Positions 52,443 through 62,201 of a DNA stretch of 64,000 bases are shown here, piece by piece (position 1 is the first letter of the stretch; each line of letters begins with the position of its first letter). The DNA is taken from NCBI GenBank assembly GCA_964650515.1, contig CAZYUB010000009.1, positions 25,093-89,092 of the forward strand. Reading direction: 5' to 3'. The notes beneath the pieces are model-generated. The model did no database searches and was not told the origin of the DNA. It was given only the letters and a program-made list of their open reading frames with translations. The translations under genes were made by a program, and so were the position numbers. This DNA is from an uncultured Planctomycetia bacterium. Its GTDB lineage: Bacteria > Omnitrophota > Gorgyraeia > Pluralincolimonadales > Pluralincolimonadaceae.

Positions 52443-53255
52443 ATGCATAAGGTTGTGGAAAAGAAGGTTTTAGCCAGCACCATAACCCTCCTCAAAGTCG
52501 AGGCGCCGATGGTTGTGCGCGAGGCAAAACCCGGGCAGTTCGTTATCGTGAGGTTGAACGAGTTCGCGGAAAGGATCCCGCTCACGATATGTGATATCGA
52601 CAGGGCAAAGGGGCACCTGACGATGATAATACAGGAACTCGGCAGGTCAACGAAGGACCTTTGCGCTATAAAGGAAGGCGGGGCGATACAGGATATACTC
52701 GGCCCGCTCGGCAACCCGAGCGAAATAGAGAAGTTCGGTACGGTCGTGATGATAGGCGGTGGCGTCGGCTCGGCGGAGCTTCTTACCGTCGTGAAGGCGC
52801 TTAAAGATAAAGGCAACAAGGTAATAACGGTCCTCGGCGCGAGGAACAAGGAACTAATAATACTCGAGGATGTCTTCAGGAAGCTTGCCGACGAGGTCAT
52901 GGTGACGACAGACGATGGCAGCTACGGTGAGAAGGGGCTCGTTACCGATGCGCTCAAGAAGCTCTTTGCGCGCGGCGAAAAGGTCGACCGCATCATCTGC
53001 TGCGGCCCGATACCGATGATGAGGGCCGTGGTCGAGACCGCGAGGCCGACCGGGATACCCGCGATAGTAAGCTTAAACGCGATACTGCTCGACGGCACGG
53101 GAATGTGCGGGTCGTGCCGATGCACTATCGAGGGCAAGACACGCTTCTCGTGCGTCGACGGGCCCGAGTTCGACGGCTACAAGGTCGACTTCAACGAGCT
53201 TACTATGAGGAATAAGAGGTTTCTCGCCGAGGAAAGGAGCGCGCTCGAGTCCTAA
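52443..53255 (+). CDS. nfnA: NfnA-like ferredoxin-NADP+ reductase subunit (PyrK-like FAD/[2Fe-2S] protein)
   Basis: FAD-binding beta-barrel + Rossmann, C-terminal …GMCGSCRCTIEG…FSCVDGPEF [2Fe-2S] motif; paired with a GltD-like gene. Confidence 0.8.
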   Translation: MHKVVEKKVLASTITLLKVEAPMVVREAKPGQFVIVRLNEFAERIPLTICDIDRAKGHLTMIIQELGRSTKDLCAIKEGGAIQDILGPLGNPSEIEKFGTVVMIGGGVGSAELLTVVKALKDKGNKVITVLGARNKELIILEDVFRKLADEVMVTTDDGSYGEKGLVTDALKKLFARGEKVDRIICCGPIPMMRAVVETARPTGIPAIVSLNAILLDGTGMCGSCRCTIEGKTRFSCVDGPEFDGYKVDFNELTMRNKRFLAEERSALES

Positions 53256-53256
53256 A

Positions 53257-54648
53257 ATGGCTAAAACACCACGTCAGGTATTAGGATGCAGGGAACCGAA
53301 CGACAGGAACAGGGATTTTAAGGAAGTCGCGCTCGGCTTCACCGAAGAGCAGGCGGTCCTCGAAGCGCAGCGCTGCATAGCGTGCAAGAAGAAGCCGTGC
53401 TGCAACGGATGCCCGGTAGAGGTGGATATCCCCGAGTTCATAAAGCTTATCGCCAAGAAGGACTTCAGGGGCGCGATAAAGAAGATAAAGGAAAAGAACA
53501 ACCTCCCGGCCATCTGCGGCCGCGTCTGCCCGCAGGAGACGCAGTGCGAGGCGCTTTGCACGCTCATCGCGAAGAAGGAGCCCATCGCGATCGGCGCGCT
53601 CGAGCGGTTCGTCGCGGACTGGGAAGCGTCGAACCCCGAGCCGAAGGAAGCGCCTGCCGCGCAGGAAAAGAAAAATATCAAGGTCGCCGTCGTAGGCGCC
53701 GGCCCGGCCGGGCTTACGGCCGCGGCGGACCTCGCGAGATACGGCTACAAGGTCACGCTCTTCGAGTCGCTGAGCAACAGCGGCGGCGTGCTCAGGTACG
53801 GTATCCCGGAATTCCGCCTCCCGAAGGTCATACTCGACAGGGAGACGGAGTATATAAGGTCGCTCGGCGTCGAGATCAACTATAACATACTCGTCGGCAG
53901 GACGATAACTATCGACGACCTCTTCAAGGACGGTTATAAGGCGGTATTCGTCGGTTCGGGCGCCGGATTGCCGTATTTCCTCGGCATACCGGGCGAGAAC
54001 CTCAACGGCGTATACTCGGCGAACGAGTTCCTCACGCGCGTGAACCTCATGCACGCTTACGAATTCCCGAAATATAAGACGCCGGTAAAGATAGGCGAGC
54101 GCGTCGCGGTCGTCGGCGCGGGCAACACCGCGATGGACTGCGTTCGCGTGGCCAAGCGTCTCGGCGCGAAGGAAGCGATGATAGTATACAGGCGCAGCGA
54201 GCACGAGGCGCCCGCGAGGCGTGCGGAGGTCGAGCACGCGAAGGAAGAAGGCATAGAGTTCCGCTTCCTGACGGCCCCGCTTTCGATAGAGGGCAACGAG
54301 AAGGGCGAGGTCAAGAGCATGACATGCATAAAGATGGAGCTCGGCGAGCCGGACGCGAGCGGCCGCAGGCGCCCGGTGCCGGTAAAGGGCTCGGAGTATA
54401 CGATGCCGGTCGATACGGTCGTGATAGCCGTCGGACAGGGCCCGAACCCGCTGATACCGCGCACGTCCAAGGGGATCGCGGTCGACCAGAAGAGCGGGGA
54501 GCTTATCATAGACGAGAATTGCATGACCTCGATAAAAGGCGTCTTTGCCGGGGGCGATATAACCACCGGCGAAGGCACGGTCATCGCCGCGATGGGCGCG
54601 GGCAAGAAGGCCGCGGCCGCGATGGACAGGTTCCTCAAAGGAGTTTAA
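53257..54648 (+). CDS. nfnB: NfnB / glutamate synthase small-subunit-like NADPH-dependent oxidoreductase
   Basis: Two N-terminal [4Fe-4S] Cys clusters (CIACKKKPCCNGCP; CGRVCPQETQCEALC), VAVVGAGPAGLTAA FAD fold, second Rossmann VAVVGAGNTAMDC. Confidence 0.85.
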   Translation: MAKTPRQVLGCREPNDRNRDFKEVALGFTEEQAVLEAQRCIACKKKPCCNGCPVEVDIPEFIKLIAKKDFRGAIKKIKEKNNLPAICGRVCPQETQCEALCTLIAKKEPIAIGALERFVADWEASNPEPKEAPAAQEKKNIKVAVVGAGPAGLTAAADLARYGYKVTLFESLSNSGGVLRYGIPEFRLPKVILDRETEYIRSLGVEINYNILVGRTITIDDLFKDGYKAVFVGSGAGLPYFLGIPGENLNGVYSANEFLTRVNLMHAYEFPKYKTPVKIGERVAVVGAGNTAMDCVRVAKRLGAKEAMIVYRRSEHEAPARRAEVEHAKEEGIEFRFLTAPLSIEGNEKGEVKSMTCIKMELGEPDASGRRRPVPVKGSEYTMPVDTVVIAVGQGPNPLIPRTSKGIAVDQKSGELIIDENCMTSIKGVFAGGDITTGEGTVIAAMGAGKKAAAAMDRFLKGV

Positions 54649-55727
54649 TGAAGAAGGCGTTAATAGCTTTCCTTCTGCTGGCTGCCGCTACAGCCATGAG
54701 CGGATGCTTCATCGATATCTCGGCCGTCTCGAAGATCAACAACGACGGGTCGGGTTTCAGGATAACGACCTATACGGCGGACGGCGCGAGCGAAAAGGAA
54801 GAGCTGCTGAAATATTATATCCTGCCCGGAGGCGGAAGCTGGAAGCTCGACAGCTATGTCGAGGGCAAGCCGCCGCTACATGTCTACGAGGTGAAGAGGG
54901 GATTCAGGGAGATAAAAGACCTCTCGCCCGACTACGTAAGGAAGGGCGCGGACCCGTCGAACATCTCAGGCAACGAATGCTCCCTCAATATACGCAAGGG
55001 CATGGTCTTCACGACATACAGGTACGAGGAAGTATACAGGGACTGCGCGGACGAGGCGAAGATCCGCAAGTTCTGTGAGGGATGGTACGGTTCGGCGCTC
55101 GATGTGATGTCGGATGAGGTCGCGAAGGCATTCCCGCGCTCCGTGACGAAGGACGGGGTAAGGTCATTCCTAGACGGCAGGCTCAGGCCGTATTACGACT
55201 ACTTCGTAAAGGAATTCCTTACGAGCGGGCGCAAGTCGTTAGAGGGCAACGACGGCGCCGCGGGCAAGGCGAAGATGTCGGAGTTCGAAGCGCAGTACGA
55301 GGAGACGGCCTTCGCAGGGTATATGGCCGACTATATCGTCTCGGTTGATAAGGGCCAGGACAGGAGACGCGTTTACGATAAGCTCCTCGCCTTGCATAAG
55401 AAGATAGATGAGAAACTTTCGGCCATGAGCGAGTCGCTCAACGAGAGCAATTACGGCGACGCGTTCGGTGTATACGGCTGGCCGCTATTCATGGGCTACT
55501 CGTTCAAGGTCTCCGTAACGCTGCCGGGGCAGATAGTCGAGGCGAACACGAACGACATCAAGTCCGGCACCGTCACGTGGAAATTCAACAGCGATGATTT
55601 CCAGATGAGCGAACACAGGCTGACGGCGGTATCCAGCAGGTTCAACCCGGCGGGCGCGGTGGTGATCGCCGTGGTGATTGCCCTGGCCGTATACCTTACC
55701 CATAAGGGGAATAATAAGAAGAAGTGA
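54648..55727 (+). CDS. Lipoprotein of unknown function with C-terminal TM anchor
   Basis: MKKALIAFLLLAAATAMSGC lipobox; C-terminal AGAVVIAVVIALAVYLTHKGNNKKK anchor. The TAATG start overlaps the nfnB stop; the longer ORF start at 54324 is rejected. Confidence 0.5.
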   Translation: MKKALIAFLLLAAATAMSGCFIDISAVSKINNDGSGFRITTYTADGASEKEELLKYYILPGGGSWKLDSYVEGKPPLHVYEVKRGFREIKDLSPDYVRKGADPSNISGNECSLNIRKGMVFTTYRYEEVYRDCADEAKIRKFCEGWYGSALDVMSDEVAKAFPRSVTKDGVRSFLDGRLRPYYDYFVKEFLTSGRKSLEGNDGAAGKAKMSEFEAQYEETAFAGYMADYIVSVDKGQDRRRVYDKLLALHKKIDEKLSAMSESLNESNYGDAFGVYGWPLFMGYSFKVSVTLPGQIVEANTNDIKSGTVTWKFNSDDFQMSEHRLTAVSSRFNPAGAVVIAVVIALAVYLTHKGNNKKK

Positions 55728-56758
55728 AAAGGGTCGTTGTCGCAATGAGCGGCGGCGTGGATTCATCGGTCGCCGCTTTTTTATTGAAAAAGCAGGGCTG
55801 CGAGGTCATCGGGCTCACGATGCGGTTGTGGGCGGATAACCGTCATGCTGTCGCGGACGCTAAACGCGTCGCGAAAAAAATAGGCATTCCGCACCTGGTC
55901 ATAGATCTCCGCAGGCAATTCGAGCGCGATGTCATAAAATATTTTTGCTCCGAATACGGGAAGGGGAGGACACCGAACCCGTGCGTCGTATGTAACAGGA
56001 AGATAAAATTCGGGAAACTGCTCGAAAAGGCGAAAGCCCTCGGCGCGGACTTTCTCGCCACGGGCCATTACGCGCGTATTGGCCGCGACGCCGCATCCGG
56101 GCGGTATTTCATAAAAGAGGCGGCCGACAGAACGAAGGACCAGTCGTACTTTCTATTTGAGCTGGGCCAGCGCCAACTCAAGAGAGTGCTTTTTCCGCTC
56201 GGCGGCCTCACGAAAGGCGAAGTAAGGGAGATCGCGAAGTCCGCGGGTTTCGCGCGGATAAACGAGAAGCCGGAGAGCCAGGACATATGTTTTATCAAAG
56301 GAAAAGGTTACAGGGAGTTCATCAGCGGCAGGGTAAAAGGCATAAGGCCCGGCAAGGTCGTCGATGCGCGCGGGAAATGCCTGGGTACGCATAAGGGCAT
56401 CGCGTTCTATACGATCGGGCAAAGGGAAGGGCTCGGTATAGCGGCGGGAAAGCCGATCTATGTAGTCAAACTGGACCCGCGCAGGAACGAGGTCGTTGTG
56501 GGAGGCGCCGACGAGGTAAAAGGCGGGCGGCTCACGGCGAATAATGTCCGCTGGATGTGCAAGGCCAGCCTTTCAAAACCGGCACGCGCGCAGGCGAAGA
56601 TCAGGTACAACCACCGGAAGTCGGCATGCAGGGTGATACCTTTATCGGCGCGCAGGGTAAAAGCGGTTTTTGATGAGCCGCAGTATGCGGTAACCCCGGG
56701 GCAGGCGCTGGTGATATACGACGGGGAGAAAGTATTGGGCGGCGGATGGATAGAGTAG
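55724..56758 (+). CDS. mnmA: tRNA-specific 2-thiouridylase
   Basis: VVVAMSGGVDSSVAA PP-loop, …NPCVVCN… zinc/Cys region, 344 aa. Confidence 0.9.
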   Translation: MKRVVVAMSGGVDSSVAAFLLKKQGCEVIGLTMRLWADNRHAVADAKRVAKKIGIPHLVIDLRRQFERDVIKYFCSEYGKGRTPNPCVVCNRKIKFGKLLEKAKALGADFLATGHYARIGRDAASGRYFIKEAADRTKDQSYFLFELGQRQLKRVLFPLGGLTKGEVREIAKSAGFARINEKPESQDICFIKGKGYREFISGRVKGIRPGKVVDARGKCLGTHKGIAFYTIGQREGLGIAAGKPIYVVKLDPRRNEVVVGGADEVKGGRLTANNVRWMCKASLSKPARAQAKIRYNHRKSACRVIPLSARRVKAVFDEPQYAVTPGQALVIYDGEKVLGGGWIE

Positions 56759-57477
56759 CGGTCGCTTTCTCGGGAGGGGCGGATTCGGCCCTGCTGCTTA
56801 AGTTGATGAAAGACGCGTTGGGGCGGGAGAACGTCCTCGCGGTGACGGTCCGCTCCGAGTTCATGGGCATCGCCGAAGCCGCAGAGTCAAGGAAGCTGGC
56901 GACGCGCATCGGCACCCGGCACCTCACCATAAATACGAAGATGCTCGGCGACCGCATGATCAAGGCGAACACCGCGCTGCGCTGTTATTACTGCAAGAAG
57001 AAGATATTTTCGCTGATAAAGAAGGAAGCCCTGAAGAGGGGGTACGGCACGGTCATCGACGCGAGCAACCTCGACGACAGGAAGGACTACAGGCCCGGGC
57101 GCCTCGCGCTGAAGCAGCTCGGGATACTGAGCCCGCTCGAGGAAGCCGGGATGACAAAAGCGCGCATACGCGCCCTGTCGAAAAAGGCCGGGCTCCCGAC
57201 CTGGGACAAGCCGGCGAACGCTTGCCTCGCGACAAGGGTCCCGTACGGGGAGACGATAACCTCCGCGAAGCTCAGGATGATAGAAGCGGCGGAGACGGTG
57301 CTGCGAAGGGACGCGGGGCTCGGCCTCGTCCGCGTCCGCTGCCACGGGAATATCGCGAGGATAGAGGTCCCGCGCGCCGATATGAAACAACTGCTTGAAG
57401 CGGCCCCCGGCATCGCCGGAAAGATGAGGCGGCTGGGTTTTAAATATATAACCGTAGACCTGGAGGGGTATAGATGA
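56746..57477 (+). CDS. larE: LarE-like ATP-dependent sacrificial sulfur transferase (PP-loop ATPase)
   Basis: AVAFSGGADSALL PP-loop; conserved Cys in …LRCYYCKKK…; ~243 aa typical of LarE. Assignment by family resemblance only. Confidence 0.7.
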   Translation: MDRVAVAFSGGADSALLLKLMKDALGRENVLAVTVRSEFMGIAEAAESRKLATRIGTRHLTINTKMLGDRMIKANTALRCYYCKKKIFSLIKKEALKRGYGTVIDASNLDDRKDYRPGRLALKQLGILSPLEEAGMTKARIRALSKKAGLPTWDKPANACLATRVPYGETITSAKLRMIEAAETVLRRDAGLGLVRVRCHGNIARIEVPRADMKQLLEAAPGIAGKMRRLGFKYITVDLEGYR

Positions 57478-58142
57478 AGAAGAAAGTGATATTCTCATGG
57501 AGCGGCGGCAAGGACAGCGCGCTCGCGCTTTACGAGCTGGTCCAAAGCGGCGAATACGATATATCCGCGCTGCTGACATCCGTAACTAAGGATTACGACA
57601 GGATCAGCATGCACGGCGTAAGGACCGCCCTGCTCGAGAAACAGGCCTCCGCGCTGGGCATAAAACTCGAGAAGGCGCTCATGAAGAAGGGCGCGACGAT
57701 AGAGGAGAACGAGTCGAAGATCCGCGAGGTCATGGAAAGGTATTACGGCAACGGCGTCCTGCTTAACGCCGCGGGCGATATCGCGCTTGAGGACGTCAAG
57801 AAATACAAGGACGACAACCTCGCGCGCATAGGCATGGAAGGCGTATACCCGTTATGGAAACGCGGAAGCGCTGAACTCGCGCGCAGGTTTATCAAGCTCG
57901 GTTTCAAGGCCGTGATAACCTGCGTGGACTCGACCCTGCTGGACAAAAGCTTTGTCGGCAGGGAGTTCGACGCATCGTTCCTCGCGGACCTGCCTGCCAG
58001 TGTAGACCCGTGCGGCGAAAACGGCGAGTTCCATTCGTTCGTATACGACGGGCCGATATTCCGCGAAAAGGTCTCTATCGCCAAGGGCGAGATCGTCCTG
58101 AGGGACAATCGCTATTACTTCTGCGACTTATTGCCAAACTGA
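57474..58142 (+). CDS. PP-loop ATP pyrophosphatase of the Dph6/MJ0570 (diphthine-ammonia ligase-like) family
   Basis: VIFSWSGGKDSALALYEL PP-loop and the …EGVYPLW…GFKAVITCVD… pattern of PF01902-type proteins. Confidence 0.65.
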   Translation: MKKKVIFSWSGGKDSALALYELVQSGEYDISALLTSVTKDYDRISMHGVRTALLEKQASALGIKLEKALMKKGATIEENESKIREVMERYYGNGVLLNAAGDIALEDVKKYKDDNLARIGMEGVYPLWKRGSAELARRFIKLGFKAVITCVDSTLLDKSFVGREFDASFLADLPASVDPCGENGEFHSFVYDGPIFREKVSIAKGEIVLRDNRYYFCDLLPN

Positions 58143-58150
58143 AGTATTTG

Positions 58151-58162
58151 TGATAATATAAT
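58151..58162 (+). promoter_or_regulatory. Possible extended -10 promoter (TGnTAATAT/TATAAT) for the tRNA
   Basis: tgataatataat lies 27 nt upstream of the tRNA 5' end; no good -35. Confidence 0.25.
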
Positions 58163-58188
58163 CATCCTTATCCCGCACAAAATATGAT

Positions 58189-58265
58189 GGCGGCGTAGCT
58201 CAGATGGTTAGAGCGAGCGGCTCATACCCGCTATGTCATCCGTTCAATTCGGATCGCCGCCACCA
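58189..58265 (+). tRNA. tRNA with anticodon CAT (elongator Met or lysidine-modified Ile2), CCA encoded
   Basis: Hand-folded cloverleaf: 7 bp acceptor GGCGGCG/CGCCGCC, D stem GCTC/GAGC, anticodon stem AGCGG/CCGCT with loop CTCATAC, T stem ATCCG/CGGAT with TTCAATT loop, discriminator A, CCA. The G1-C72 pair argues against an initiator. Confidence 0.85.
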
Positions 58266-58300
58266 AATTCATCCATAGAAGGCCCAAAAAGGAGGTACCC

Positions 58301-58900
58301 GTGAAGAAGCTCTTGCTTTGCCTGCTGGCGCTCTCCGTCGTGTCTTCCGCGCACGCGCAGGTCATGAAGAAGGTGTCCCCGTCTGGCAGCATGAAGCCCG
58401 CCAAGAAGGTCACCGTCTACGAGGAAGGAAAAGGCGTCTTCGCTCCGAGCGGCTGGATGGGCGACGTCAGCTGCATAAAAGCAGACCCGAACTGCACGGA
58501 GAAACCCAAGACCGGCAAGTTCTGCTCGAAATGGATATACGACAATTCCAAAGGGGCCTCGCAGGGATGGGCCGGCGTTTACTGGCTCTACCCGGAGAAC
58601 AACTGGGGCGGCAAGAAAGGAATGGACCTGTCGGGGCATAAGCGGCTCTCTTTCTGGATCCGCGGCGAAACCGGAAAGGAAGTCGTCAGCATCAAGATCG
58701 GCGGCGTGAAAGGCGATTATCCCGACACGGTCACGAAAGAACTGGCAGCGTTGAAACTCGGTTCGCAATGGAAGCAGTATTCGATAGACCTGACCGGCAG
58801 GGACCTCTCGAACATCTCAGGAGGGTTCTGCTGGACCGCCGACGGGAAATTGAACCCGAAGGGCTGCACGTTCTACCTCGACGAGATCGTCTACGAGTAA
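58301..58900 (+). CDS. Secreted hypothetical protein (199 aa), possibly a carbohydrate-binding beta-sandwich
   Basis: GTG start with AAGGAGG RBS. Signal peptide MKKLLLCLLALSVVSSAHA. Trp-rich (WAGVYWLYPENNWGG). No family assigned. Confidence 0.45.
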   Translation: MKKLLLCLLALSVVSSAHAQVMKKVSPSGSMKPAKKVTVYEEGKGVFAPSGWMGDVSCIKADPNCTEKPKTGKFCSKWIYDNSKGASQGWAGVYWLYPENNWGGKKGMDLSGHKRLSFWIRGETGKEVVSIKIGGVKGDYPDTVTKELAALKLGSQWKQYSIDLTGRDLSNISGGFCWTADGKLNPKGCTFYLDEIVYE

Positions 58901-58903
58901 CGG

Positions 58904-60298
58904 ATGTTCATAAACGGCGTCAGGGACACTATAAAGAAATACGGGCTGCTCGATAAGGGCGACGGGGTCATCGTCGCCGTGTCAGGCGGGCCGGATTCGA
59001 CCGCGTTGCTCTTTGCGCTCGACGCGCTCAAACGCGAATACGGGCTCAAGCTGCGCGTTGCGCATCTTGACCATATGTTCCGCGCCTCCGCGGAGGCGCT
59101 CAAGGACCGCGAATATGTAACCAAGCTCGCCCGGAAGTTCGGATTGCCGATGGTATTTAAAAGTATAGATGTCCCTGCGAGCGCGAAGGGGTCGGGAATG
59201 TCGCTCGAGGAAGCGGCGCGCGAAAAGAGATACGGCTTCCTGCTCGAGGCGGCGAAAGCGGCCGGCGCGAAGAAGGTCGCCTTGGGCCATACGCTCGACG
59301 ACCAGGCGGAGACGGTGCTGATGCGCCTCATACGCGGTTCGGGCACCGGCGGGCTCCGCGGGATACCGCCGAAGAGGCCGCTCGGCAACGCGACGGTGAT
59401 CAGGCCCCTGATCGAGCGCAGCAGGAAGGAAGTCGAAGCATACCTCTCGGGGCTGAAGGTCCGCGCGCGGCAGGACGCGACTAACAGGATGAAAAAATTC
59501 CTGAGGAACAGGGTCCGGCACGAGCTGATAGCGTACCTGAAAAAATACAACCCGAATATAAAAGAAGTGCTCGCGCGCAGCGCGCAGAACCTCACGCATG
59601 ATCACGAGGCGCTCTCAGCCGCGGTCGATAAGGCGTACCGCAAATGCGCGAGGATGAAAGGCGGCGCCGTCATCCTGGATATCGGCAGGATGTCGGGGAT
59701 GCCGGTAGGCATCAGCCGCGGGATACTGCGCAAGGCGGTAGGTTCCGCGAGAGGAGGCCTGCGCAACCTCGACTATTCGCATATCGAAGATATCGAAGGG
59801 CTGATGCGTCCGCGCGGGAAGCGCGCCGTGGACCTGCCGGGTAAAGCGAGGGCCGTCCGGTCCGGGAATTTTATCGTATTCTCTATGGTAAAGGACGAGC
59901 CGGTCCTGCCGGGCATTTACAGGCGGCTGCCTGTCCCCGGTTCGGCATACATACCTGAATTGGGGCTGAGGTTCAAGACGGAACGCGTGAAGTCGCGCGC
60001 ATCGGGGCCCGGCAAGCCGAAGACGCAGGAGTATATCGACCTCGACAGCGTGAGCGGCCCGTTATACATAAGGACCTGGGAGAAGGGCGACAGGTTCAGG
60101 CCTCTCGGAATGGCGAAGAGAAAGAAACTCCAGGACTTTTTCGTGGACATGAAAGTACCGAGGGAATCGAGGGCTTCGGTGCCTCTGCTCGTATGCGGCA
60201 GGCAGATAATATGGGTATGCGGGGCGCGCCTCTCCGACGAAGTGAAGGTCACGAAGGGCACGAAACGCGTGCTTAAGGTCTCGTATAAAAAGCCCTAA
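58904..60298 (+). CDS. tilS: tRNA(Ile)-lysidine synthetase
   Basis: VIVAVSGGPDSTALL PP-loop; C-terminal domain …YIRTWEKGDRFRPLGM…KKLQDFF. 464 aa. Confidence 0.9.
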   Translation: MFINGVRDTIKKYGLLDKGDGVIVAVSGGPDSTALLFALDALKREYGLKLRVAHLDHMFRASAEALKDREYVTKLARKFGLPMVFKSIDVPASAKGSGMSLEEAAREKRYGFLLEAAKAAGAKKVALGHTLDDQAETVLMRLIRGSGTGGLRGIPPKRPLGNATVIRPLIERSRKEVEAYLSGLKVRARQDATNRMKKFLRNRVRHELIAYLKKYNPNIKEVLARSAQNLTHDHEALSAAVDKAYRKCARMKGGAVILDIGRMSGMPVGISRGILRKAVGSARGGLRNLDYSHIEDIEGLMRPRGKRAVDLPGKARAVRSGNFIVFSMVKDEPVLPGIYRRLPVPGSAYIPELGLRFKTERVKSRASGPGKPKTQEYIDLDSVSGPLYIRTWEKGDRFRPLGMAKRKKLQDFFVDMKVPRESRASVPLLVCGRQIIWVCGARLSDEVKVTKGTKRVLKVSYKKP

Positions 60299-60356
60299 TT
60301 TGCTTGCCTTGTCCTGCGGCTTTCTGTTATAATCAAATCCCCAAAAAGGAAAACAC

Positions 60357-62201
60357 ATGGCAAACGGACACAAGAAGAAAAAGAACAATAACCAGATGCC
60401 GCCGGTAATGCAGCGCGTCGTTGTCGCGCTGATATTGCTGACGGTATTTTTCTACCTGTCGGGGCTGCTGAAGAACGAGCCGCTGATGATGCAGCAGCCG
60501 AAGGAGATAAGCTTGTCGGAGTTCACGGCGCTCGTCGCGGGCAAACAGGTCGAGACGGCCGTCAAGAAGGACTATGCCGTCCAGGGCAAGCTAAAGGACA
60601 ATTCGTTCTATAAGGTCTATGTTACTGACTTCGATCCCGAGCTCACGAAACTGATGCGCGACAACGTGAAGGATTTCAGGGTCAACGTCGCGAACCCGTT
60701 CTGGGCGAATTTTTTCTGGAGTTTCGTTCCCGTCCTGCTGCTTATAGGTTTCTGGATGTACCTCTCGCGCAGCGCGCAGGCGGGAGGCGGGAGGATAATG
60801 TCGTTCGGCAAGAGCCGCGCGCGCCAGTTCATGGGCGGGCAGGTCAAGATAACCTTCCATGACGTAGCGGGCGTGGACGAGGCGAAGGAAGAGCTCCAGG
60901 AGATAATCGAGTTTTTGAAAGACCCGCGCAAGTTCACGCGCCTCGGCGGCAAGATACCGAAGGGCGTGCTGCTGATAGGCCCGCCCGGCACCGGCAAGAC
61001 GCTGCTCGCGAAAGCGGTAGCGGGCGAGGCAGGTGTCCCGTTCTTCTCGATAAGCGGTTCCGATTTCGTCGAGATGTTCGTTGGGGTCGGCGCGTCGAGG
61101 GTGCGCGACCTCTTTGAGGAGGCGAAGCGCGCCGCGAAGATAGGCGGCAAGGGTTGCATAATCTTCGTAGATGAGATAGACGCGGTAGGCAGGCAGCGTT
61201 TCGCGGGCGTAGGCGGCGGTAACGATGAGCGCGAACAGACCTTGAACGCGCTGCTCGTCGAGATGGACGGCTTCGGTACGCAGGAAGGTGTCATAGTAAT
61301 CGCCGCGACGAACAGGCCCGACGTGCTCGACAGGGCGCTTTTGCGCCCGGGCAGGTTCGACAGGGTCGTATATATAACCGAGCCGGATATCGTCGGCAGG
61401 GAAGCGATACTGAAAGTCCACGCGAAGAACATAAAGCTCGCGCCGGAAGTCGACATGAAGGTGCTCGCGCAGAGGACCGTAGGGTTTTCGGGCGCGGACC
61501 TGGCCAACCTTGTCAACGAGGCGGCGCTGCTCGCGTCGCGCAGGAACAAGGAAGGTGTAACGATGGACGAGCTCGGCGAATCGATAGAGAGGGTCATAGC
61601 CGGCCCGGCCCGCAAGAGCCGTGTCATCAGCTCTCACGAGAAAGAGATAACCGCTTACCACGAGTCGGGGCACGCGCTGCTCTCGCTGCTGATACCGAAG
61701 GTCGAGCCGCTGCATAAGGTAACGATACTGCCGAGGGGAATGGCGGGCGGATACACGCTGACCGCTCCATCGGAAGACAAATATTATAAATCGAAGAACG
61801 AGCTGCTTGCCGAGATAACGATGGCGCTCGGCGGACGCGCGTCGGAGGAGATAATCTTCGGCGACGTCACGACAGGCGCGCGCAACGACATAAGGGTCGC
61901 GACGGAAATGGCGCGCCGCATGATAACCGAATTCGGCATGAGCGACAAGCTCGGCAACATGGCTTTCGGCAAGAGGCAGGAGCAGATATTCCTCGGCAGG
62001 GACCTCTACGAGGAGAAGAATTACAGCGACCAGACGGCCCTGCTGATCGACCAGGAAGAGAAGCGCATCGTGGATGAATGCTACAACCGCGCGAAACAGG
62101 CGCTCCTCGATAACAGGGATAAGCTGAAGGCGCTCGCCGAAAAACTGCTCGAGAAGGAAGTCCTCGACGTCAAAGAGATAAAAGAACTGCTGGGGCTTTA
62201 A
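60357..62201 (+). CDS. ftsH: ATP-dependent zinc metalloprotease FtsH
   Basis: Two N-terminal TM segments, AAA+ Walker [24 protein letters not shown] zinc motif; 614 aa. Confidence 0.95.
   Translation: MANGHKKKKNNNQMPPVMQRVVVALILLTVFFYLSGLLKNEPLMMQQPKEISLSEFTALVAGKQVETAVKKDYAVQGKLKDNSFYKVYVTDFDPELTKLMRDNVKDFRVNVANPFWANFFWSFVPVLLLIGFWMYLSRSAQAGGGRIMSFGKSRARQFMGGQVKITFHDVAGVDEAKEELQEIIEFLKDPRKFTRLGGKIPKGVLLIGPPGTGKTLLAKAVAGEAGVPFFSISGSDFVEMFVGVGASRVRDLFEEAKRAAKIGGKGCIIFVDEIDAVGRQRFAGVGGGNDEREQTLNALLVEMDGFGTQEGVIVIAATNRPDVLDRALLRPGRFDRVVYITEPDIVGREAILKVHAKNIKLAPEVDMKVLAQRTVGFSGADLANLVNEAALLASRRNKEGVTMDELGESIERVIAGPARKSRVISSHEKEITAYHESGHALLSLLIPKVEPLHKVTILPRGMAGGYTLTAPSEDKYYKSKNELLAEITMALGGRASEEIIFGDVTTGARNDIRVATEMARRMITEFGMSDKLGNMAFGKRQEQIFLGRDLYEEKNYSDQTALLIDQEEKRIVDECYNRAKQALLDNRDKLKALAEKLLEKEVLDVKEIKELLGL

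Noticed and set aside
58189-58265. tRNA-CAT as initiator tRNA-fMet
   Set aside because: It has a Watson-Crick G1-C72 pair and lacks the three consecutive G-C pairs at the bottom of the anticodon stem, so it is elongator-type (Met or Ile2).
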